Assembly (NCBI GenBank): GCA_903889905.1
Contig: CAISZI010000010.1
Location: 1,464-65,463, forward strand
Direction: 5' to 3'
Source: Candidatus Wirthbacteria bacterium
GTDB taxonomy: Bacteria; Patescibacteriota; CG2-30-54-11
Length of the DNA: 64,000 nucleotides
The position numbers were made by a program, and so were the translations under genes. Every line of letters begins with the position of its first letter. The first letter of the stretch is position 1. Below are positions 9,357 to 17,791 of the stretch, piece after piece. A model generated the notes under the pieces. It worked only from the letters and a program-made list of their open reading frames with translations, was not told the DNA's origin and ran no database searches.

Positions 9357-10325
9357 TTGCTCGACAACCAACAACTTACCCTCGGGATCGAATCTTCCTG
9401 CGACGAAACGGCCGCAGCCATTGTGCGTGCGGATGGTTTGGTATTGTCAGACATCAAAGCGACCCAAATCGATATATTTAAAAATTTAGGCGGTGTGGTG
9501 CCCGAAATGGCGGCGCGCGCCCATACCGAAAAAATTCTGCCCGTGATTGACGAGGCGCTCAAAGCTGCGGCCGTGGATTGGGCTCAGATTGACCAGATCC
9601 ATGTGACCGAAGGCCCGGGCCTGATTGGTTCACTGCTGGTGGGCCACAGCGCGGCACAGGCGCTTGCTATGGCCTACAACAAACCGCTCCATTGGGTCAA
9701 CCACCTGCGCGCGCACTGCCTGGCCTGCTGGCTGTGGGAAGCAGGGGAGACTAAACCTGAAATTGTGTTCCCCTCTATTGGTTTATTGGTTTCGGGTGGC
9801 CACACACAGCTGCTGTGGATGAAGGATTACGAACATTGGGAAATCGTTGGGGAAACCATTGATGACGCGGCTGGGGAAGCGTTTGATAAGGTTGGCAAAA
9901 TGCTGGGGCTTCCTTACCCTGGCGGCCCGGAAGTCTCGAAGGCAGCCGAAAAGGGAAATCCACAAGCCTTTAAATTTCCCCGTGCACAACTGGAAAAGGG
10001 GAGTCTGGATTTTAGTTTTTCGGGCCTGAAGACGGCGGTGTTGCGGGAAATCAAAAAAGTGGAGATCGAGCAGCTAGGCGATCTGGAGAAAAAGCAGTTC
10101 GTGAGTGATGTGGCCGCGAGTTTTGAGGAAGCGGTGATCGAGGTCTTGCTTAGTAAAACCAGATGGGCTGTGTTAAAATATCAACCTTTAAGCATTCTGC
10201 TCGCCGGTGGCGTGGCGGCGAACAAAGCGCTAAGAGGACGGATGAAGGACGAATTTAGTTCCAAGTTTTATCTGCCCCAATTGAAGTTTTGTACTGACAA
10301 TGCCGCCATGGTCGGAGTCCACTAA
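9357..10325 (+). CDS. tsaD: tRNA threonylcarbamoyltransferase TsaD
   Basis: LGIESSCDET, GGVVPE.AAR.H, GPGL.GSL, NHL.AH, SGGHT, DDAAGEAFDK, FSFSGLKT, DNAAM. Start uncertain (TTG 9357; the ATG at 9309 lies inside a repeat). Confidence 0.95.
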   Translation: MLDNQQLTLGIESSCDETAAAIVRADGLVLSDIKATQIDIFKNLGGVVPEMAARAHTEKILPVIDEALKAAAVDWAQIDQIHVTEGPGLIGSLLVGHSAAQALAMAYNKPLHWVNHLRAHCLACWLWEAGETKPEIVFPSIGLLVSGGHTQLLWMKDYEHWEIVGETIDDAAGEAFDKVGKMLGLPYPGGPEVSKAAEKGNPQAFKFPRAQLEKGSLDFSFSGLKTAVLREIKKVEIEQLGDLEKKQFVSDVAASFEEAVIEVLLSKTRWAVLKYQPLSILLAGGVAANKALRGRMKDEFSSKFYLPQLKFCTDNAAMVGVH

Positions 10326-10375
10326 AACCAACACCAAATGCAATCCAACTCGGGATTGTTTACTTTGGAGGGTTT

Positions 10376-11593
10376 GTGGTGGCCATGGAGGGGGATCTTG
10401 TTGAATCGACAGGCACAGAAGCCCAAGTCTCAAGCCTAGCTGAACAGATCGAACGGTTTTCCATCGAACAGGCCAGAGATCCTGTGTTGGTTATTCCGCG
10501 GCTGCAAAAAACAGTCGGCTATTCCGCTGCGGCGGCACTCCGGGCCATCAGTCGTGTGTTAGGTCAGGAAGCGGGCAACGAACTGCCGTTGGATTTGCCC
10601 AAGGCGGACGCTGATAGCACCGAAGTCCAGGCGAAAGTGTTGCAGACCATGTGGGAAGATTATGACCAAAAGTTCGACGCGACCTGGAAGGGCAAGGACT
10701 TCTTGTCGAGTAAGAACATCAAAGACCGCTTTTCACTCCGGGTTGACGCCAGCGCAACCAGACTGGTCGACAAATGGCTGTATCGGATTAGTGATCACTT
10801 TTTGCAGCAGGAAGCTGATGGCGACGTGGAGAGCAATTTACTTTCTAGAATGATGGGAAAAATCTTCCCTCTGCTGAATGCGCTGAGCGATTTGCAGCAA
10901 AACCAGCATGCAGTGGCTATTTTAAACACAAAACTGAGCTTAGCCATCCGCTTGAATCGTGATGCCAATGATGATGAGGGGGCAACAGATTACAGCGCCA
11001 TCTGCAAACAAATTGCGCAAGAAAACGGTACCGACGTTAAGCAGATCTACAAAGTGGTGGGGATGCTGAAGCGTTTTGCCAAGCTGTCTTCGGTCCAGAT
11101 TTCACTATATTTAGCGATCCAGTTGGGCTTGCCGGTGGTTGTCGGCCTTTCCGGAAGTTTGTCATCAGAGATTCATGAGCATGCTGCTGACATCATGAGA
11201 GCAGAAGTGGGTGCGGCGGTTCTCATGCTAATGACCAAGGCGGTGGGCGACGCTAGTTTGTACAAGCGCGATGGCGTGACCAATGATGCATTCCAGTCAC
11301 TGCTCGTGAACCCCATGGTAATGCGAGCGTTTCGGCGGTGTCCGTTGCTGATGAAAGTATTGAAAGAAGACCCGCTTGTGCCTTTGGCTGTCGGTAATTT
11401 TATTTATGAGGTCGCACATTACATTATTCCGCAAATACCAACGTATGCTATCGCTTTAGGAATCAGTCAACAAACCGATTCTCCGTCGGTTCCTTTGGCA
11501 ACACTAACCGGAGATACGGCTTCTATCTTCATGGGAGTGTTGACAAGCATGTTGTGGTTGTTAACGAAACAAGTGCCAGAGGTCAAGAAGTAA
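10376..11593 (+). CDS. Hypothetical protein with C-terminal hydrophobic helices
   Basis: 405-aa ORF with GGAGG upstream; no recognised family. Confidence 0.7.
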   Translation: MVAMEGDLVESTGTEAQVSSLAEQIERFSIEQARDPVLVIPRLQKTVGYSAAAALRAISRVLGQEAGNELPLDLPKADADSTEVQAKVLQTMWEDYDQKFDATWKGKDFLSSKNIKDRFSLRVDASATRLVDKWLYRISDHFLQQEADGDVESNLLSRMMGKIFPLLNALSDLQQNQHAVAILNTKLSLAIRLNRDANDDEGATDYSAICKQIAQENGTDVKQIYKVVGMLKRFAKLSSVQISLYLAIQLGLPVVVGLSGSLSSEIHEHAADIMRAEVGAAVLMLMTKAVGDASLYKRDGVTNDAFQSLLVNPMVMRAFRRCPLLMKVLKEDPLVPLAVGNFIYEVAHYIIPQIPTYAIALGISQQTDSPSVPLATLTGDTASIFMGVLTSMLWLLTKQVPEVKK

Positions 11594-11868
11594 ATTAGGG
11601 GGAATGGATGGAGGGGGAGGATTGGAATATACTGCAAAGGGCGCGGGAGTTCATGACTGTTCAAACCGGGAGGGCTGTGATAAGATAGTAACCTTTTGGC
11701 AGTTTTGCTATGGGAGGAATGATCGTAAATATTTGGCATAGAAGGATAAAGCGGAATCATGCTAGAAAAGTGTTGTGATTTCATGAATGTCTTGAAAGAA
11801 AACACGGGAAGGATGAATGTAATAATTTTTCAACCTTTTGTCCTGGTTTATTATTTGAAGTGTATTTA

Positions 11869-12663
11869 ATGGCAATTGCTAGATCAATTCTTGAGTTAGC
11901 AGGAGGTGAAAAGGGTAAGGATTATAATACATTTCCTGCCGTTTATTGGGATATATACCAGTGGTGGAGTAGAGAGCCAGAGATGAATAGACAGAGAAAT
12001 AAAATATTAGTGGATTATTGTAACAACGCGATACAAGGAAAAACATCAGTAACAGTTTTTGACGGGGGATGCGGTTCTGGAGTAATGGAAGAAGGGCTTT
12101 TAGTGAATAAAGATGTAAGTAAAATTATAGCCGTTGATTCCGAAGCAACAATGGTCGAAGGCACGCAGAGATTACTTGAAGGACAATTTGATTCCAGGCG
12201 ATTTCAAATTGTTCAATCAGATCTGGTTTCTATGCTAGAGTCTATGGAAGGAGTATCTATTGATTTAATAATTCTCTTGAAATCAATATTCTTTCTTCCT
12301 GTTCCTCAACGAGAGAATGCTATCAGAAATGCGGTAAGAGTTTTAAAGCCAAAAGGAAAAATATTAATTTCTGATGCAATTGATCAAAACTATGACAGAA
12401 TTTCTTTCTTGCATGATGCAATAAGACTTCAAGTGTCTAGTCAGGGGGTTTTACATGCGAGTAGGTTTATTATAAGAAACATGTCTAGAATTTCTAGATT
12501 GTTTTCTGAACTACCTACGGTTGAGAATGATAATATTGTTTTTAATCAGGCGGACGCTATAAGACTGTTGGAGGAGGCTTTTGTTTCAGTTCAAAAATTA
12601 CCTCCCGTGTTTGAGAATAGAGATTGGGTAGTTATGGGCGAGAAGAAAAATTTTGAAGATTAA
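11869..12663 (+). CDS. Class I SAM-dependent methyltransferase
   Basis: VFDGGCGSG, AVDSEATM, RVLKPKGKILISD; AT-rich. Confidence 0.88.
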   Translation: MAIARSILELAGGEKGKDYNTFPAVYWDIYQWWSREPEMNRQRNKILVDYCNNAIQGKTSVTVFDGGCGSGVMEEGLLVNKDVSKIIAVDSEATMVEGTQRLLEGQFDSRRFQIVQSDLVSMLESMEGVSIDLIILLKSIFFLPVPQRENAIRNAVRVLKPKGKILISDAIDQNYDRISFLHDAIRLQVSSQGVLHASRFIIRNMSRISRLFSELPTVENDNIVFNQADAIRLLEEAFVSVQKLPPVFENRDWVVMGEKKNFED

Positions 12664-12673
12664 GGGGCGTTCT

Positions 12674-13930
12674 ATGTTATCAAATCAAACAATAGGGAAC
12701 ACCTCATTTGAAGATGTTGGCGAATTGGGATTTCAATTGAAAGAGCGTCAATTATATGAAAAAGATTTATCAGGTGATCCTATAAAGACAGTTAGTGTTG
12801 TCGAAGTCGTTGACGAACTGAAAGAGGGGGACTTTTTAGATGCAATGGAGTGTTATCGACGAGGGATGCTTCGAGTAAATAGTAAATCTATTCAGATAAA
12901 ACAAGAAGTAGAGGAAAGAACAATTGAGATGATTTTTAAAGGCGAAGGACCTTTTGGATTAACCATTAAAAAAGTTATTTTTAGGGATCAATCACGTAGA
13001 ATTTCCAGCATCGCATTAATAGCAGAAGATATTCGTTCTGCTAGAGCCATTGATAGTTGGATAAGTCCTGAATATTCAACATCAAAATACCCAACATTTA
13101 ATCACTTATTCTTATTAGGATGCTTTGATCAGCAAGATTCCCTGTCTTTAGATTCTACTGCAACCTCTCAGTTTGATATCGCCCTTGAAACCATTTCAGC
13201 TGGAGTTCCAAGTAAGTTGTTCTTCGATTATTCAATTAGGATTGGATTGCCTCAATTTGGGGTGCTTGGGCACTGGATGGAAAATAAGCAAACATTAGAG
13301 GAAGGCCAGCAAAGATACTATTTCGGTAAATATAATCCATCTGAGATTACCAAGGAGGCTCTCGAAGCAAAATATTCCATTAATGATTCAACTCAAAGGT
13401 GGATTGTTGACAACAAACAGGAATTGGTTCGGTATTGTGGAATTCCTCATCCTTTAGCCGTTGTCCTCTATGAAATGTATATAAAGGCTTTCACGGGAAG
13501 TAACCAAAGGTCTTCACATAATTTTGAGACGACGGAGGGTGATTTCTTTTCACTTTTAGAGGGGAATTCCGGATTTACGTGGGTGGTCCAAGATAAGGAT
13601 ACTGCGACCCCTTCATCATTTCTCCATTCTACAACTCCAGAAAAAGTATCTTGGTTAAATCCCGAAAAAAAATGGGACAAAGAAACAAAACCCTCTCTTT
13701 ATATAAGAACAACTGTTAGCACTTCCGCAGTAGCACCATCAGTCTTTTTGACGATCTTTAAAACCCAAATACCTGATGGAGGTATTATTGCCTGTGATAT
13801 GGGCGAAAGAATTTCTGCTCCAAGGCAGACACAGGTTTTGTCTCGCCAATTCGGACTCCCGAGAGGTTCTGTAGAGATTTATGATGCCGAACAGTATTGT
13901 TCTATTGGAATACCCGTCGCCAAAGCATAA
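12674..13930 (+). CDS. Hypothetical protein, two-fold repeated GNAT-like module (tentative)
   Basis: AT-rich ORF; halves contain SWISPEY and SWLNPEK after similar Y..(G/A)..N..S helices. Confidence 0.6.
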   Translation: MLSNQTIGNTSFEDVGELGFQLKERQLYEKDLSGDPIKTVSVVEVVDELKEGDFLDAMECYRRGMLRVNSKSIQIKQEVEERTIEMIFKGEGPFGLTIKKVIFRDQSRRISSIALIAEDIRSARAIDSWISPEYSTSKYPTFNHLFLLGCFDQQDSLSLDSTATSQFDIALETISAGVPSKLFFDYSIRIGLPQFGVLGHWMENKQTLEEGQQRYYFGKYNPSEITKEALEAKYSINDSTQRWIVDNKQELVRYCGIPHPLAVVLYEMYIKAFTGSNQRSSHNFETTEGDFFSLLEGNSGFTWVVQDKDTATPSSFLHSTTPEKVSWLNPEKKWDKETKPSLYIRTTVSTSAVAPSVFLTIFKTQIPDGGIIACDMGERISAPRQTQVLSRQFGLPRGSVEIYDAEQYCSIGIPVAKA

Positions 13931-13977
13931 AATAAATAGTATAATTAAAAGATTCTAATAATAATTAATAAAAAAAA

Positions 13978-16746
13978 ATGTTGCTTTTTGCTACATATAT
14001 TCCCATCTGGATCATGTTTTTTGGATTGGGTGGACTTGTTTTGTCTAGAGGGTTACGAAAACCTGCCAATATAACTTTTTTCCTTTTTTGTGTATCTATC
14101 TCCTTCTGGATTTTTTCACTTTTCTTGTCCGATTATTTACATGATCCTGTAAGCGTGCTTGTATGGACAAGGCTTACCTGGGTTGGGCCAATATTAGCAA
14201 GTACATTTTTTTCTGTTTTTTCATCCTGTTTTCCTAACCACACATTATCAATTCGCAAAATCTCAAAATTTTTCATTCCACCTATTTTTTTACTGATATT
14301 TACAGATACGAAGTGGAATATAGAGACTGTTTCAATAAGAGAATGGGGATCCGACTTGACGGTTGGGAAGCTTTACCCGGTATTATTCGTTTTTTTAATT
14401 GTTTATTTAATTGGAGCCCTTTTTAATTTTATTAAAGCATATAAAAGTTCGAGGACAGTCGAAAAATCCCAGATAAAATTAATTGTTATGGGCGCCTTTT
14501 TAAGTGCACTAATTGCGTTTGTTACAAATATATTGTCGAATTATTTAAATACAACAAGATGGAGCGTCTTTGGTCCATTAGCGTTTACTTTTTTTGTTGT
14601 CGCCGTTTCAATTGCAATTGTTAAGCACCGATTCCTTGATGTTCACATAATAATTCGACGAAGTCTTATTTATTTGTCTCTTGCATCAACCGTAATTATT
14701 GGTTACGCAGGCGCAGTCCTTCTTTTTCAAGGGGTTGTCTCGGGCGGAGAATTGCATCTAAGTGTCATCCAAATCTCCGGAATTGTCTTCGTCGCCCTCA
14801 CCGCCCCTTTGCTCCAGAAATGGTTTGAACGCTTGACTGACCGCTTCTTTTTCCGCAGCGCTTACAACACTCAGCACACCATTTTGGATCTGGCCAAGAA
14901 GATGAATTCGGTCAAAAGCCTGGACGAGCTGGATCAGCAGATCTTGGGGACGCTGACGGAGACGATGAAGATCAAGGGCGCGGCGATTTACCGGGAAAGC
15001 CATGAGAATGGAACCCTTTACAAACAAGTATCTGAGAAACAATTTGGCGCCACGGAGTTGTCACTCAAAAAGAACCTGACGCGACTACGTGCTTATTTCG
15101 CGACTCAGGCTGAAGTGTTGGTCACCGAAGAGGTGCTCCGCGACCGGCGGGACGATTTGGGGCATCGGGGCAATTTGATGCTAGCGTTGTGTGAGGACTT
15201 CTTTGGGCATGGCGTTGAGGTTGTAGTGCCGCTCATGGCCAAGGAACATTTGCTGGGGATGATCTTCTTGATGGGCAAGAAGTCAGGGGATGCTTACAGC
15301 GGACAGGATTTGCAGCTTCTGGAAATTCTGGCCAACAGCGCATCCGTGGCCATGGACAATGCCATGTTTTATGAGGAACTGGAACAACGTGTTCAGACCC
15401 GCACGACCGAAGTGAATGAAAAGAACCGTTACTTGATGACACTACAGCGAGTAACGACGCAGATTTTGCAGGGTGTTGACTTCAAGGAAGTCACACAGAA
15501 AATCGTCGATGCCATCCATGATGAAATGGGCCATGTGGGCGCATTCATCTTTAGCTACAAAGCGTCGACTGGCGAAACGCAGCTCACGGCTGTTTCCAAT
15601 GCCCGTCGGGTACAGGAGGCGCTTTCATTGATGGGGACGAAGGCGTTTGAGATCAAAGGCAATGTCCATGACAACAAGTTGATGCAACGGGTATTTGAGA
15701 CCAAAGAAGTTGCGATTGTGGACAAGTTGAGAGAGGTGCTGCAGCCGGCAATCTCAGGCGAGGTGGCTGACCAGATGCAACATCTGGCGCGGATCAAGGC
15801 GCTGGCGGTGGTACCGATTGTGGTGGAAGGCAAGGCGATTGGTGCGCTGACCTTTTTGATTGACCGGTACAAGGACCACATCACTACCGCCGAGCAGGAG
15901 ATCATGCATGCGCTGGCGCACCTGGTCGCGATTGTGATCCGCAACTCCCGCTATTATGATCAGGTCGAGAAAAGCAACAAACAGCTGGCGCGTGCCAATA
16001 CCCGCATCAATGACCAGGTGATCCAGCTCGAGGAAGCCAACAAACATCTGCAGCGGCTGGATAAGGCCAAGACTGAATTCCTTTCGATTGCTTCACATCA
16101 ACTGCGCACACCGCTCAGTGCCATTCGGGGTTACTTGTCGCTGCTCGAGGAAGGCGACTTTGGGGAAATGGCGGTGCAGCAGAAGACCGTGATCAAAAAA
16201 ATGCAGGACAACGTCAAACGTCTGGTTAATCTGGTCAATGATTTGCTCAGCCTGGCGCGGATCGAAGCCGGAACCGGCCCCAAAGGGCTGAATGCCGAAG
16301 AGATAGATTTCCGTATTGTGGTGGATCAGAGCGTGGACGAAGTGGCTTTGAAAGCGCAGAGCAAAGGATTATATTTACACTGGGAGCGCCCGGCGGACGA
16401 GGTTCGGATCAAGGTAGACAAGGAAAAAATCGACCAGGTGGTCATGAACCTGATCGACAATGCGGTTTACTATACACTTGAGGGCGGCGTGACGATCACC
16501 CTGACCGAAGAAAAGAAGAAGATTCGTTTTGTGGTGCAGGATACAGGCATTGGCATCAGCAAGGACAACATCCACGAGATGTTCGCCAAGTTCTACCGCG
16601 CCCAGGATGCGATGAAAGTTCGCCCCGACGGCACCGGCATTGGCCTCTACGTCGCCAAGATTATGGTGGAGTCGCATAACGGTAAGATCTGGGTGGAGAG
16701 CGAGGCAGGGAAGGGATCGAAGTTTATTGTGGAATTGCCGAAGTAG
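13978..16746 (+). CDS. Sensor histidine kinase: HisKA_7TM-like membrane head, 2 GAF, HisKA, HATPase
   Basis: Multiple TM helices ending in AIVKHRFLDV; LGMIFL.GKKSGDAYSGQDLQLL; ASHQLRTPL, NLIDNAVYYT, DTGIGI, GTGIGL. Confidence 0.93.
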   Translation: MLLFATYIPIWIMFFGLGGLVLSRGLRKPANITFFLFCVSISFWIFSLFLSDYLHDPVSVLVWTRLTWVGPILASTFFSVFSSCFPNHTLSIRKISKFFIPPIFLLIFTDTKWNIETVSIREWGSDLTVGKLYPVLFVFLIVYLIGALFNFIKAYKSSRTVEKSQIKLIVMGAFLSALIAFVTNILSNYLNTTRWSVFGPLAFTFFVVAVSIAIVKHRFLDVHIIIRRSLIYLSLASTVIIGYAGAVLLFQGVVSGGELHLSVIQISGIVFVALTAPLLQKWFERLTDRFFFRSAYNTQHTILDLAKKMNSVKSLDELDQQILGTLTETMKIKGAAIYRESHENGTLYKQVSEKQFGATELSLKKNLTRLRAYFATQAEVLVTEEVLRDRRDDLGHRGNLMLALCEDFFGHGVEVVVPLMAKEHLLGMIFLMGKKSGDAYSGQDLQLLEILANSASVAMDNAMFYEELEQRVQTRTTEVNEKNRYLMTLQRVTTQILQGVDFKEVTQKIVDAIHDEMGHVGAFIFSYKASTGETQLTAVSNARRVQEALSLMGTKAFEIKGNVHDNKLMQRVFETKEVAIVDKLREVLQPAISGEVADQMQHLARIKALAVVPIVVEGKAIGALTFLIDRYKDHITTAEQEIMHALAHLVAIVIRNSRYYDQVEKSNKQLARANTRINDQVIQLEEANKHLQRLDKAKTEFLSIASHQLRTPLSAIRGYLSLLEEGDFGEMAVQQKTVIKKMQDNVKRLVNLVNDLLSLARIEAGTGPKGLNAEEIDFRIVVDQSVDEVALKAQSKGLYLHWERPADEVRIKVDKEKIDQVVMNLIDNAVYYTLEGGVTITLTEEKKKIRFVVQDTGIGISKDNIHEMFAKFYRAQDAMKVRPDGTGIGLYVAKIMVESHNGKIWVESEAGKGSKFIVELPK

Positions 16747-16774
16747 GGGAGTATCCAATTATAGGGAGAGTCTT

Positions 16775-17785
16775 ATGACTCCAACGCCGATTAATGTCGA
16801 GGAAAGGTTATTTTTTTATACAGACAAATTTGAAACTAAAACGACAATTCCGTTAGGTAAGTTTGTAAAAGAATTTAACGAAGTCAGGACTGCCATGTTC
16901 GGAGGATTAGATAAGCGGCAGAGTTTTTTATGGTATTGGGTGTTGATGTCACTGACAACAACAGCGCTTTGTGAGAAAGGGAAGAAAAATTCCTATAGCG
17001 AGTATGTAAATGAAGTAAAGCTGTTGGGTGTGATTTTTGATGTCTTATTGGATGATATTGCTGACCAATATGGCGACACAAAAACGGCAGCTATTTTATT
17101 GAAAGAAATCGAAAAAGCATGTTATCAAAAACCATATAATTTAAAAATGGTGACCGTTGCAGAACGAGAGTATGCATTATTTTGCGTAAAGGTCTGGGAG
17201 ACAATCTTTAAATATTTACAGCAGCTTCCAAGCTACCGTTTTTATAATGAAATGATGATGCGGAAGTATAAAAAATTGTTTGAAGTGATGACCTATTCAC
17301 TGGAAATACGTGTTGATCCTGAATCGGTAGATTATAAAAAATACCACCGCCTCCTTTCCCATAATATGCACATGATCATTAATGGTTTAATGGATTTAAT
17401 GTCCATGAAAACAAAATATGAAGGGATAGGACTAAAAAAGATTGTCCAGATTCTGTTGCTGGGGCAAAAAATGGGCAGGATCGGCAATGCGGTAACTACT
17501 TATGAGAGAGAATTGTTTGTGAAAGATTTCAGTAGTGATGTAATTGCATTTGCACTTAAAAAAGGCGTTTTAACGAAAAAAGATTTTAACGACGTGGAGA
17601 TGTTGACCGACAAAATCAAAGCAAAGCAGGAATATTTGGAAGGATTTTTTTGGAGCAAATGGTTGAGACTCAGGAATCAGTTAATCAAGCATGAAAACGA
17701 CTTCGATCATCTGGATATAAAAGGATACCGTCAAGGATTGGAGACATTAAAACAATTCCATTTGGCCAGTAGGGGAAACAAGTAG
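16775..17785 (+). CDS. Class I isoprenoid/terpene-synthase-like protein
   Basis: ATG 16775 with GGGAGAG RBS; DDIAD (DDxxD) and RIGNAVTTYERE (NSE/DTE-like); predicted all-helical; AT-rich. Confidence 0.65.
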   Translation: MTPTPINVEERLFFYTDKFETKTTIPLGKFVKEFNEVRTAMFGGLDKRQSFLWYWVLMSLTTTALCEKGKKNSYSEYVNEVKLLGVIFDVLLDDIADQYGDTKTAAILLKEIEKACYQKPYNLKMVTVAEREYALFCVKVWETIFKYLQQLPSYRFYNEMMMRKYKKLFEVMTYSLEIRVDPESVDYKKYHRLLSHNMHMIINGLMDLMSMKTKYEGIGLKKIVQILLLGQKMGRIGNAVTTYERELFVKDFSSDVIAFALKKGVLTKKDFNDVEMLTDKIKAKQEYLEGFFWSKWLRLRNQLIKHENDFDHLDIKGYRQGLETLKQFHLASRGNK

Positions 17786-17791
17786 TAAGAC

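Noticed and set aside
16640-16774. Upstream extension of the terpene-synthase-like ORF
   Set aside because: It overlaps the kinase 3' end; the RBS supports ATG 16775.
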